Positions 1 to 13,265 of a stretch of DNA of 64,000 nucleotides are shown here, one piece after another. The notes below the pieces were generated by a model. The model was not told where the DNA came from and searched no databases. It saw only the letters and a program-made list of their open reading frames with translations. The DNA lies in assembly GCA_000165425.1 (NCBI GenBank), contig CT868676.1, forward strand, positions 190,981 through 254,980, read 5' to 3'. Each line of letters begins with the position of its first letter. Position 1 is the first letter of the stretch. Source of the DNA: Paramecium tetraurelia (lineage: Eukaryota). A program made the translations under genes and the position numbers.

Positions 1-1297
1 GTGAGATACAAAGGTTTATATTTAGAAAGTAACATCAATAAACCCAAAGATGATAAGGAATCAGATACTAATGAATCAGATGAGTCAGATGGTGATAGCG
101 ATTCATATGAGTAAGAAGATTACTAATACCCATTTGAAATTTAAGAGCAAATCAAAATTTACAAATAGAAGACCCCAACCTATAAACTAATTGAGTAAGA
201 GTTAACCGTGTATTAAAATTAAGTGGACTATTAAGATCCTGATGCAATAACAAAATTGAGACTTTATCAAGAAAAATGCAATAATAGAATAGAATTATAA
301 ATTTTATATTTGAAGAATAAAAGATGGTTTTAGGAAAACTTAAATTTAAGAGACAATTTTACAATCATATTTGTTTCTAAGACTTTAGAGTATATCCAGG
401 ACTAAATTAAATTATATGAAGTCGATGCTTTGTCTTATGAATAGGTGTCAGCTATCATCTAAAATGTAACATAGAATTCAGAACTGTATTTAGAAAAAGT
501 AAAAGAATATGCTTATTAAAAACTCAAAGAAAAAAATTATTAACTCAAGTAATTTGAAATTCCAGAATAACCATCAGCAATAGAAACTGTTGATGAGATG
601 TTAGAAGTGGGTATTCCTGAAAATGTCAAGCCTTTTGAAGCTAAAGTGGATTGGAAAGAGGATTAATTTGATAATTTTGTAATAAAATGTTCAAGCAAAG
701 ATGAATTTGAAAAAGATGCTTAAGCATACTTTTCGTATGGAACAATCTCTAATAGATCGTTGTTATTACGATACGGGTTTACTCTAGAATACAATATATA
801 CGATTATGTGGAAGTGAAATCATAATATATTTAATACATACCATATGCAAGTGATATTGCAGAAGTATCAATATAATAAAATATTCATTTAGTACTTCCA
901 ATTGTCCAAGTACATGAAATTCAAAATTAAGTATACTAGAATCAACGATGATTTATTAATGTATTTTAAAATGCTAAACTGGTAATATGACTAAGGCATT
1001 TCATATCTATTTGATGATATTTATGATAGTGTAATTATCAATTAAGCTTACAATTTAATTGAAACATATCATTCAGATCATTATAAAGAAACCCTAAAAA
1101 GTTAAAAAGAAAAACTTACAGATTCAAAATTAAATTATCATGATTATTTCGCCTTAATTTATCAAATTGAAAAATAAAGAATACTTGAGGCTTAATTAGA
1201 GGCACTTTAGATTTTGAAATGTAAGATAGAGAAAAAGGAGTATGGCGAATAATAGTTTGAATGGAGTTCATATTTAGTAGAAAGGTTCAAAAATTGA
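1..1297 (+). CDS. SET-domain methyltransferase, Rubisco LSMT/SETD3-like (5'-partial)
   Basis: Open from base 1 in code 6 with an acidic insert, then the SET C-terminal motif QAYFSYGTISNRSLLLRYGFTLEYNIYD. Intron at ~865-892; TGA at 1295-1297. Confidence 0.75.
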
Positions 1298-1444
1298 AGT
1301 CCATAAAACCAGAATGATTATTTTTAATAGAATTACATTATTTTCATACTTGATTATAGATATTCTGTTATACCTAATTCCTTAGTTACTAAATATGCAA
1401 TAATAAGCAAAGATTTTAATTTATTTAGATGCATATATTTATGA

Positions 1445-2602
1445 TCATTTGATCGAAAGATTTTGAAGCAAATTATTATGCCACTTTTTTACAACTTCAT
1501 CTTTAATAAAAGATTGTGTTGGGTCTTTTAATACTTGTGGCAAGTATTTTTTAAGGACTTCTCCAGCTCTAAAATTAATATTGTTAAATTACTTTTGGTT
1601 TTCAGAAAGTCTTAAATAACATCTAATTATATGTCTCAATAATCTCTAATCATCTTTTTAGGATTGATGCAGATCATCAATCATAGTTTGTAAGACTTGG
1701 CTAACTGCAAAAAATCTTTCAGGAGTCTAACAGATATAATTAAGACCATTGTCGTCGAGAAGGATCTTCTAAACTATGAAAGTAGCAACTGTTCTTGAAA
1801 GCTCTTGTCCTTTTTTCATGATTCTCAGACAAAGTGGAATGATTTCAGTTTGCATTAAAAAATTAATTGCCTCTGGATCATCTCCCTATGAAAAAATTAA
1901 AAATATTTAAACCTTCACCAAAGCACCTATGACACCCAAACTAGTAACTCTTAGGTTTTCAAAAGCTTTGCTCTTGTTGCTAGTATTTAGAAATGGATAC
2001 AAAAACAATGGAATATGAGCTATATTGGAATTTTAAATACCTCTTAAGAAACAGGATCTGGTTTGTACATGTAAAGCTAAGCATTATAGGAGTCCCAATA
2101 CGCTACAGATCCTAGATGACTGAGTTGGTGTAAGTTAGGCTGGTTGCAAGTGCTGATAAACAACTGCAATTTCTTGAAGACTGAAATAATTACAATTATT
2201 ACAATATAGCAATGGTACCAACAGAATGCCATAAGAGGGGTGCCAAATGTGGAAAACTTTCTCTCTTTTTTGATAATTCTGATAATGCTTATTCTCTTTT
2301 GTCCGTATCTCTTAATTATAGTATATACTGGACAACTAGCTCGGTATCTGAATCCTTTTGCATTCTACCAAACTAATAAATGTCAAAAATATATATACAT
2401 CATCCATGCTTTGTTCGGATAACTGTGTGCTCAAACTTTTTTGAAGACTTGGCGATGGTGAGTACCCTCCAAATATCATTTGCTGTGGAGGTGACTTTTG
2501 CTTAGCTTAGGCCTGTTCAAAGTATCTTTTGTCAGCTGGTGAGATGCTGACCATGCTATCGCTTCGATAATTTTGAGGCACGATCACATATTGATTTGAC
2601 AT
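1445..2602 (-). CDS. RCD1: CCR4-NOT subunit 9 / cell differentiation protein RCD1 (CAF40)
   Basis: [64 protein letters not shown] and [18 protein letters not shown] match RCD1. Several tiny introns. Confidence 0.95.
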
Positions 2603-3770
2603 TAGGAATTATTAATTATTTTTATTATAATAAAATAACCGAGTATTATAACTAATAAATTTTAGAAGGTTGATACATAATCATGTATAAAGTTCCAATA
2701 TTGATTATTAAATAAGGGATATATTTATTCAGACAAAAACTGTATATGATAGAGAAAGAAATTTTATAAACCTTTTGTTTAATAAATTTTATATCTCAAT
2801 ACTTCTAAACTAGGGATGTTTTATAATACATTTAATCACTATAAAAATTCAAATACTTATTGATTTCTTATTTAATATTAGGGATTCAACTCTTGCTATA
2901 AAAATTTCATATATTAGTTTCTACAAGAATTGGAAAAATTTCGTATCGAATTCAATGTGAATCTAGTGAATAAATTTTAATTTAACCTTCTCAATCCATA
3001 AGATCTGAATGACTGATTTTATTGATTATTATCCACTTATGTTAATAATTCTCATCTATAATGAGTTTAACCACCTAAAGGCAGATGCCTAATTTGTTAA
3101 TTAGCAAACTTTATTCCTATAACAATTGAAATCCTTTGATAAGCTAAACATATTAAACTCCTATATTCCCTAATTCATGTAGATAATGGTTCCAATTTAC
3201 ATAATAATTTAAAAAAGAATGGTATATGTATTGAACTAATTCCTCATCATAGAATACATATATTAAACCTCACTAACAATTCTTGAGTTGTCTGATGTTA
3301 TTGCCTCCTCATAGTAGAAATGGTATTATCTAAACTATCTTGTTAGATAATCATTTGCCAAGATGAATTTGAGCTGCTTATTACTTTTATAAATTTAAAT
3401 ATTTTATATTTAATCCGAATATCTTGAGTAATTTGCTCTTGTTTACTTCAAAAAATTATAGATGAATAAAATATTATTATTCAGGTTTTAACAACGATCT
3501 AATTTTCAAGGTTTTTTAATATAAAGTAAAACCAACAGAAATTATTTAGAACTTTCCCCAAAAATTTAAGGTTATATAAATTAATTTTATTTGTAAATAT
3601 TTTCATTTCAAATTTACAATAAATAAAATAATAATTTCAGCAAATTATACAAACATAAATATAAAAATAAATCGTATATTCAAAGAGCAATCGCAAAAGG
3701 AACATTAATAAGAAAAAAAGGGTTGTTACACAGTTTCGATAGATTTTACTTTATTCAACCTAAATTTTCA

Positions 3771-6700
3771 TGTAAAAAATAACAAAAAGGAAGTTTTTAA
3801 AGAAAGCAAAGTATAAGAAAAAATCTAAATCATAGAGCTGTAAAGTGTTTGGATTTAACAGAAATTACAAAAATGATAATGCAAAAAATCTTTTTCAAAT
3901 ACAACCTCAATTTTATTCAAATAGTATTCTTATGTTAATTCCAGCATCAGTTGTAAATTCTCCTTTCGATATCAAAGTTCTTTTAGCTTAAAATATAGGA
4001 TCTCTAGTTATATGAAGTATTGTAATTGGAATAGCTAAAATAATAGTGAAAATATACTGTATTTGTCAATCAAAGATAGTGATGTATATTAGATGGGTAA
4101 GGTAGATTTTGCTAAATGCTTCTTATAAGTTTTATCTGAATCTGTAATATGTTGTTTTGTTTTAACATCCCATAAACGGATAGAGTGATCATCACTACCA
4201 GATGCTAATGTAGTTCCATCAGAAGAGAAACAGACTGAATTAACACATTTTTCATGGCCTTCTAATTTGAACATTTATTATCCACTATTAACATCCCATA
4301 AACGGATAGAGTGATCAGCACTACCAGATGCTAATGTAGTACCATCAGGAGAGAAACAGACTGAATTTACATAACGTTCATGGCCTTCTAATTTGAACAT
4401 TTATTATCCTGTCTTAACATCCCATAAACGTATAGACATATCACTACCTACCAGATGCCTAATGTAGTACCAACCAGGAGAAGAAATAGAACTGAATTAA
4501 CATAACATTTCATGGCCTTCTAATTTGAACATTTATTATCCTGTCTTAACATCCCATAAACGTATAGACATATCTCTACTACCAGATGCTAATGTAGTAC
4601 CAACAGGAGAGAAATAGACTGATATAACTGCTTCTGAATGACCATCTAATTTGGCTTTTTATTATCCTGTCTTAACATCCCATAAACGGATAGAGTTATC
4701 ATAACTACCAGATGCTAATGTAGTACCATCAGGAGAGAAACAGACTGAATCAACACATTTTTCATGGCCTTCTAATTTGAACATCTATTATCCTGTCTTA
4801 ACATCCCATATACAGATGTAGCTTTCTTTAGCATCATATATAGATTCACTACCAGATGCTAATGTAATACCATCAGGAGAGAAACAGACTGAATTAACAC
4901 AATGTTCATGGCCTTCTAATTTGAACATTTATTATCCTGTTTTAACATCCCACAAATGGATAGACATATCTCTACTACCAGATGCTAATGTAGTACCATC
5001 AGGAGAGAAACAAACTTATTTAACATTACCCTTATGACCAACTGAATTAACCTCTTATTTTAATGACTTAAAATCCCAAAAACGAATCATAGAGTCTCTA
5101 TTACTTATAAAATCATCATATTAACCACTACCAGACACTAACATTCTACCATCAGAAGAGAAACAGATTAAATTAATTTCTTTATGATAACATTGTAAAA
5201 AGTATTCTTCTTCACCAGTCTCAACATTCCATACAATAATATTATTAATAACACTAGCTGCTAAAGTAGTACCATCAGGAGAGAAGCAGACAGAAGTAAA
5301 CCTACATTTCATATAACATAATTCATTTTTTAATTGTCCTGTCTTAAGATCCCATAAATAGACCCTGGAACATGAACCAGTTCTACGATCTCCACCTCCA
5401 GATGCTAATGTAGTACCATCAGGAGAAAAACAAATTGATAAAATTTCGGTGTAATGTCTCTTAAATATTGCCTTTTCTTCTCCTGTCTCAACATCTAATA
5501 AATAGATATTGTAGTTCAAACCAGCAAATGCTATCATAGCAGCATCAGGAGAGAAACAAACTGGATAACAATCATCATATTAGATTATTTGCTTTCCTTT
5601 TATAACATCCCATATATAGAGGGTATTATCCACATCAACAGATGCTAATTTAAGACCATCAGAAGAAAAACTGACTGCCTTCACATAACTATTATGGCCA
5701 GTTAATTTTTATTTTTATTTACCTGTATAAAGATTCCATAAATAAATAAATTTCCCACTGCAAGCACCTAATATTTAACAATTAGGTGAATAACAGAGTG
5801 ACATTACCTCCCTCTCTCCTTCGATAACATATCTTATGTTTCCCCTTCTAAGATTCCACAAAATAATCGATTTATTACTACTTGAAGCGAAATAATGACC
5901 ATTGGGAGAATAGCAAAATGAATTTACATAATCACCTCGACTATTAAGCTCGATTACATCCATCCTTAAATTGATCCATTTACAATTAAATAATTTCGAA
6001 CCATTTAAATTCATCCCTTTAATAAGGACATTGTCAAATTCAGATCCACTTAAGTCGCATTTGGCAAAATTACCTCCTTAAAGTGAAGTATTTCTAATTT
6101 TAATATTTTCAAAAGAATGTGTTTTCAAATCAATTTTCATTTCAACTAACAAATGAAGAGAATTTGATCCACTTTGGATAAATTTATTATCAACTGAAGT
6201 GAGATGCACTAAATATTTTAAGAACTCAATTATATTTTCATCTCTCCCAATTTTCTCAATTAGAGATTATTTTTTTTCTACAATATCTTAAGTAGAGTAA
6301 TTTCTGGTATTAAATTCATGATCATGAATTTATTTCATAATTTGAGCAATTTATTTGATTTCGTTTATCAGCTAGTCTAACTTCTCGCATTTTTCTTGTG
6401 CGGAAGAATTGTGATCTTGTAAATGGTTTACCCAAAAGTTTTGGTTTTTTTTAGCTTGTTATAAAAAATTTAGAGAATCTGAAATCTACAATTTTTTTAG
6501 TATTTCTATGATTATTTGGAATATTTTCACATCTATAGATTTTGAGGAGGCCAAAACCTCGTACAAATCTTACTTCCTTGATTCTTGATCAAACGAGCCT
6601 ATTCTTCTCAAATTCATAAAGCAAAATAAAATATATTTTAATTTCTATAATTACAGAAAAAATACTAATATAAAAAGCAACAAATTTTTATAATTAAGGT

Positions 6701-7037
6701 ACTACATTTTATGCCACACAAAGGAGGTTTGAATTCTATTAGAGGGCTCAAGAGAAAAACATAAAGGTACACAATGTATGGATTCATATTCTCAGATTTC
6801 TTCCAAAATGATAGAAAACAAACAAGAGAAAACAGAAATCTACAAATTTATTATCTCTTTATAAAAATTCTAAAGTTATTCAAGAACTTTAACACCTTTA
6901 TTTAATAACATAGATCAAAAATAAGAGAACTTAGATTATGAATTTTATTAATTGTAATTAAGGATATATAGTTAATCATCAAAATGAACTAAGATTTATG
7001 AAAAAGAAGATAATGTTATGACTACTTTAACAATTAT
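3771..7037. repeat. Inverted segmental duplicate, copy A (partner 35133-38377)
   Basis: Reverse complement aligns by eye to 35133-38377, covering ~420 bp upstream, the whole WD40 gene and a more diverged 3' flank. Confidence 0.95.
3907..6617 (-). CDS. Pentapeptide-repeat plus WD40-repeat protein, copy A
   Basis: ATG at 6617 ([13 protein letters not shown]). Pentapeptide region [29 protein letters not shown], then ~126-bp WD40 repeats [38 protein letters not shown]. 23-nt intron near 4035-4057; TGA at 3907-3909. One repeat (4443-4508) is garbled by six 1-nt insertions. Confidence 0.9.
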
Positions 7038-8474
7038 TTTTGAAAGATTAAAAGGCTGAAGTAGCTATTTATCTTTACTCAACTGATTACAAAGAGCTTC
7101 TTAAGCAACTATTGCTTGTCCATGATATTATGATAATCACCAATTAAGGATCCTCTATTATAAAAGGAAATTTCTCAAGTTGACAAATCACAACCTAGGT
7201 TTGATATTCGAAAATATATTTAATTAAACCGTTAGGTATTAGACGAATACATACAAATTATTTTCTTGTATTAAATAGATGTTACTAAAATGAATTATGA
7301 TCTGATTGTTATAATTTCAGAGATTGAGAATAAAGTTTATAGATCAATGAACATTAAGGATTTTAAGTATTAATAAAGAAAAAACCTCTTACTCTTTTTG
7401 CTTAAAAAAACACCTCACTCTTTTGCTTAAAAAACATCTGAAATCTTTCTTAATTTAGTTAGAACTATTTTGAGAAAATGATGGATTTTCCTCAAACGGA
7501 TTTATTGATGGAGCGGAAATCTATTTTTTGAGCACCAAATTTTAGACTTTCTTGAAGCAACAGTTGATGAAAATTTTGTTTGTATAAGCACTTTACTTAG
7601 TAAATAAATTGTTTTTGATGTAAACTAATTATAGGGTTGTATCTGAAAAAGACCTGGTGATTTTGAAAAATATATTTTAATCGGGTTAAAAAATCTCAGT
7701 ATTCGGGAAGGAAATTTCGTTGGAATAAAATTTAAGTAAGAGTTTTATTATAATTTTTGGAATATGATATTATAGTTTTGTATAGTTTAATTTATACCCC
7801 TATTATAATTGGCCTCCTGTGTACTCGAGTTATAATTTGAGGGAAAATCTGACAACTGTCAAATATCTGCAACATATTACTAAAGCAAAGATCCTATTTA
7901 GTACTCATTTAGCTTATAACTCCGAATGATATGTAAGGAAGGTTAATAAATTTAGAAAAAAACTAAGCGCCCCCAGATTGAGATTATAAAAGAAATATAT
8001 TTTTAAATTAGGCCAAAGAGAAAATAGTTTTTATCAATTGCAGTGATTCATAAATAAGAGGAAATGATTTTAGGAATCTATTATTAAATAATATAATTCA
8101 TTATTATATAAAGTTATAGGTATGGTTTTTTAGTATCGCTCTTCACTAACATAACAATCACTCGCTTATAGAGATGCAGAGATGGTTTGTAAGAGCGATT
8201 TTATTCTTTGATTGTAATTGAAATTTATTATTTCTCATTTACAAATCTAAGTAAATAACTTTAATGGAAATTATGAGAACCTTTTAAGATATTAATTGCT
8301 CAAAGTTAGAAGCTAATGTTTATATATTCGTTAAGCAAGATTCAGTACTGAAATATTGCTAACGTAGCCACATTATAAGAAGAATTAAATAAAAGTTTTG
8401 AAATAACTGAATTCTTTTAAGTTTATAGAGAAATATCTATTGATTAAGCATAAAAAAATTAATTTTATCTAGAA

Positions 8475-9242
8475 ATGTCTCATTCCGAATTGATACAAAC
8501 TCAAAGGAAAGCTTGGAGCATTGAAGAGGATCAAATGCTTCAAGAATTGAGATATAGCAAATGTCTCGATTGGATTGAAGTGGCCAGAAGAATAGGAGGG
8601 AGAAACCCTTCTTAGTGCGCTTAGAGATGGAAGAGAATCAAGGGATACAAATTGAGAAGATAATGGACTTAGGAGGAAGATGACAAACTCAAGAATTTAG
8701 TAAAAGAATATGGATATCATTGGAGCAAAATCAGCAAATTACTACCGAATCGCTCGGGCAAATAAATTCGAGAACACTATCTTAATTAATTGCATCCAGG
8801 ATTGAACAGCGAACCTTGGAGCAAAGAAGAGGATGAAAAAATTATAGAAATCTATAACGACGTAGGAGGTAAATGGAGCGTCATCTAAAAAAACCTGTAA
8901 GGTAGATCAGAAAATAGCATCAAGAATAGGTTCTATTCATACCTTCGAAATAAATATCTCAAAATCAAGAACCCTTATTATATTGTTCCAAAAAAAGAAC
9001 AATTGAATTTATCAAAAGCTGAACAAAAAATCAATTCAATTGTTTCAGCTTAATCATAAGAATACTCTCCATAGATGAGTTTCAGTCAAACATAGCCATA
9101 TGTAATGCCAATTAGTATGTGCAACATGCCACCAATAAGTACAGTGAATTTGTTTCCACAATTTTAAATACTCTATCCCTATTTCTAGTTTCCTCAAACT
9201 CAATATTTGTTGCAATGTCTATCAAATACAATTTAATAATGA
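8475..9242 (+). CDS. Myb transcription factor with three Myb repeats
   Basis: RKAWSIEEDQML..WIEVARRIGGRNPSQCAQRW; RQWTQEEDDKL..WSKISKLLPNRSGKQIREHYLNQL; PWSKEEDEKI..KWSVIQKNLQGRSENSIKNRF. Intronless, 255 codons. Confidence 0.93.
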
Positions 9243-10082
9243 TTAAAGATTAAATATTATTTGTTATATCGAGTGTTACCATATAAAAAAAAATTTATTT
9301 AATTAAGATCACTATATATTAAATTAATACATAATTTTACTACAACTTTATTAAAAGCTTTGGTTTTTCATAAACTAATAAAATAGAAAATTCAGAAATT
9401 GCATAATTTTTTTTTCATAATTATATATATTTTAATATGTAACTTTGCTTAAAAATAAGGAAGTATTTTACTTTTTCATTGTTACTCGAAGAATAGCTCC
9501 TTGATTATGCTTACTTTTTCCTTTCCTTAAATCCTAACCCTAAAGGGAATCTTGGAAATTATAATTTCTCTAAATGTCTCCCAAGTAATCAAAAACTCCT
9601 TATTTAAGCATAAATTCTCAATTTCTTTATTTATCCTATATAAAGTAATTAAAAACTTAATTGGATCTGAATTGGACATCACTGATACTAATAAAATTAA
9701 ATATCAACCCTTGAGTTTTATGTACTCACTTTATTTCTTAACTTAGTAAAGTAAAATATTCATATTAATTAATTAGTTAGCTCATTCTCCTTTAATTAAT
9801 AAAATTGGTAGATCTTTTTATGTTCATCAAATTTTTGAAAATAATAGTCATATCCTTAGATATAAAAATATAGGTTATTTCCTTTTGAAAGATTTCTTTG
9901 AAAATTCAGAGACCCAATATTTATAGTTTAAATCTTCATAAAAAGAATTTATTATTGGGAATTAAAAGTGGCCTAATTAATATGAGTTGCATTTCATATA
10001 TTTAATATTTTCACTTATGCTAAAAATAACAACAAATGATATAATTATAAATAAATATATGATTAATTTAATATGTTCTTAA

Positions 10083-12047
10083 TCAATATTAATAAACTTC
10101 CAATTAAGGTAATTGAGGATTTAGGGTTTCGATAATTTATGTTTCTAAATTTTAGCACTTTTCAGTGAAATTTACAAGCCATGGAATGTCTTATTCACCA
10201 ATCTATTGTATAATTAAATTTCTAAGATGGAATTCTGCAACATTATGAATGACAGCAGTTTAAATTTCTTCATTCTAGAAGCAATTTAAATGATAAGTAC
10301 TTAAGGTATAAATGCAGTAGCCTTAGTATCAACAACTGCTTCACCAAGGTTTTATGGATTAATTATTTCTTCCTCAGTGGCTTCTTCTTCTACTGATTTT
10401 TCAACTCTGGTTTTTCCTGATTTTGGATGAAATCGAAGACTTTCCATTCCAGGTTACAATTTGACAAGACATGGAATCTTTTAAAAGTCTACTTAACCTT
10501 TAATTTTTGACCATTTGACCTTGGCTCTATTTTCAAATAGGTTTTTAATAACCAAATCAACAATTTGATTAATATTTTGAAGAAATTCGAAAGAAGTCCA
10601 ATGCTATTATAAACTATAGACAATATTAGATTTGATAGCATTTTCTATGCCTTAAGTTAATTATTCAGGTAAGTTGCCTAGAGTCAATTCAGCTAAAAAT
10701 GTAAATTATAATATGGTACGTTCAATATCAGCTAACATCTAATCTATTTAGTCTCTTAATCCAACTTCAATGATGGTTCCTTCTGGTAATGCAGCTATAG
10801 AATTGGTAATCAATTCAGATATATCTTCAATAGATTCTCCGACTTGTTGTAAGGCATTAATAATGATAACAAATTAGCCAATAATACCTCCCAGATAACC
10901 TATAGTATTAGTTCCTTGATAATAGCCATCGACATCAGATATAAGATTAAACCATTCCTTTTCCTCTCCCTTGGTAACCAATTATTCTTAAACAGTCTCT
11001 TTCAATTTCTACCTTCTTTCCTTTTCCAATCTAATTTTTCTTCTCTCTCTTCTTTATTTATCTGCCTCTTCTTTAGCAATTCTTTGCCTTTCTCTTTCAT
11101 CTAGTATCTATTATCTTCGACTTCTTTCTTAAGATAATGTTTTAGTATGTAATTTAAACATGTCATCATCAATGTTATCCAACATTGAGTTGTATTCAAC
11201 AAAGATATGATTCGAACTCAATAATTCAGTTGTCACATCTTAATAAATCCAAGGTAAGTATTCAGATATTAATTATATTTCAACAGGATCTCTAAAATAT
11301 CCGCTAAGTTCCAATTGTTATAATGCCAAATTAACACATTTAGATAAATATTTCTTAGCTGATGCTCGACTGACTAATTTTTCATGTGTCTTGATATCCC
11401 TCTACTTTTAATTATGAAATTGTTATTTTAGTTTAATATTCTCATTGTATAACTGTTATTCTTTCTTCTCCAACCTATCCTATTCAGCCATTTCCATTTG
11501 CTTTAATTTTTAATAATGCTCTTACTTCTCCTTCATCTCTCTCAGCTCCTCTTCTTATAATACTTCCATTCGACTTAAATCCAAAGTCTTTCTTACTAAT
11601 ACCTAAAGAATTGGCTCAGCTTCATATTCAAAATTAAACAATTCTCCATCATCCCACACTTGAGTTTCTTCGTCTATTCCTGTCTTCTCTTTCATGTACA
11701 ATCTAGGTACAACTTTCTCGATTATGAATTCTGTTTAAGTTTCTTTTAGATGTCGGGGTGGTTTGTCAGTTAACTCTTCAACATTGGGGTCTGTTTGTGT
11801 TTCTTCATTATGGATAGTTTCATCTTCCTTCTTCTCAGTCACTACTTTAGTGTTTTGAATCCTCTTTATAGTTGTCTACATAGTTGGCTCTGATTTATTC
11901 AAAACACTTGAATAAGTATTCCCTCTAATGACTCTCTTATCCCACATGATGTTACAAGGCATCCCTGTCCTCTCTATATTTCATCTTCTAAACTACTCTT
12001 GGCGGAGCATTGAATTCATAATCCCCCTATAGTAATTCAGTGGCCAT
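10083..12047 (-). CDS. RSP3: Radial spoke protein 3 with a long C-terminal extension (apparent +1 frameshift near 11966; alternative start at 11962)
   Basis: NIMWDKRVIRGNTYS, ETQTDPNVEELTDKP and KTGIDEETQVWDDGELFNFEYEAEPILQVLVRKTLDLSRMEVLQEEEL are RSP3 hallmarks. TGA at 10083-10085. Confidence 0.88.
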
Positions 12048-12063
12048 ATTATTTATAATATTA

Positions 12064-13221
12064 ATGGATGATCATATTTAATAAGCATGGCAATTCTACA
12101 AAAGCTTGGGATCTCCTAAATTCATTTGTATCTCCCTCAATTTAACATAGGTGCTCCAATGGTTGATTAAAGTGAACTCGCATTTAGAATGCTAACTCGA
12201 AAATATGGAACCACATTAGCTTACACTCCCATGTTACATAGTCGTATTATGACTGAGTCCAAATCATACAAAGATGAATTCTTTACTACTTGTCCAGAAG
12301 ACAGACCTTTGTTTGCTTAATTATGTGGACATGACCCCCAAGTCTTAATTAAAGCAGCATTAATGATCTAGGATCAATGCGATGCAATTGACATAAATCT
12401 TGGTTGTCCTTAAGGAATCGCAAGGAAAGGTCTTTATGGAGCTTATCTTTTGGAAAAGAGGGAACAAGTTCTGTAAATTCACTTATTTAAACTATAGAAC
12501 CATTGTGAAAGAATTAAAATAAAATATAAATGTTCCAGTTACTTGCAAAATCAGAATGTTCAAAGATAGAAAAAGAACCCTAGATTTAACGAAAGATATA
12601 TAGGAAGCTGGATGCTCTATTCTGACTGTTCATGGTAGAACTAAAGAGTAAAATAAAGATTTTGTTGGTCAATGCGATTGGACTATTATAGCAGAAATAA
12701 AATAAATACTTCAAATACCTGTATTTGCTAATGGAGGCATCTACACTTGGTCTGATGTTGAAAGATGTCTCCAAGAAACTAAAGTTGATGCAGTCATGTC
12801 ATCTGAAGCTCTCTTAGAAAATCCTGCTCTTTTTTCGGGTGAAATAAAAGATTTAAATGATTTGGCTCTTGAATATATGCAATTTGCCAAACAGTATAAT
12901 GCCAGATTAGCTGAAATTAAAGCACATCTATTTAAACTTCTGTATACAGGCTTATAGATATTTACTGGTACTCTCTTTTCATTTTATATTTTAGATTTGA
13001 GATCCAAACTTGGATCTGCCAAAACTTATGAAGAGCATTTAGAAGTTGTCATAGAATTAAAAAATAAAAGAGCTGATGTTCCTAAAGAAGATAAATTAGG
13101 TTGGTATAAAAGATACTAAAACTTTAAATAACCTTAAAATAATAAAGATAAAAGTCTTCAAAAATTGGAAAACATTATCTAATAGCAAGATTTGTTGATA
13201 TAAAAAAATGATCCATAATGA
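12064..13221 (+). CDS. DUS1: tRNA-dihydrouridine synthase 1-like
   Basis: APMVDQSELAFRML, DRPLFAQLCGHDP, DINLGCPQGIARKGLYGAYL, LTVHGRT and PVFANGGI motifs; three tiny introns. Confidence 0.95.
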
Positions 13222-13265
13222 TGTAAATGATTGTTTATAAATAACTAAACTTTTTCATATTTTCA

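Noticed and set aside
7388..7438. ~26-bp imperfect tandem duplication (ACTCTTTTGCTTAAAAAACA)
   Set aside because: Only two copies in non-coding or decayed DNA; likely replication slippage.
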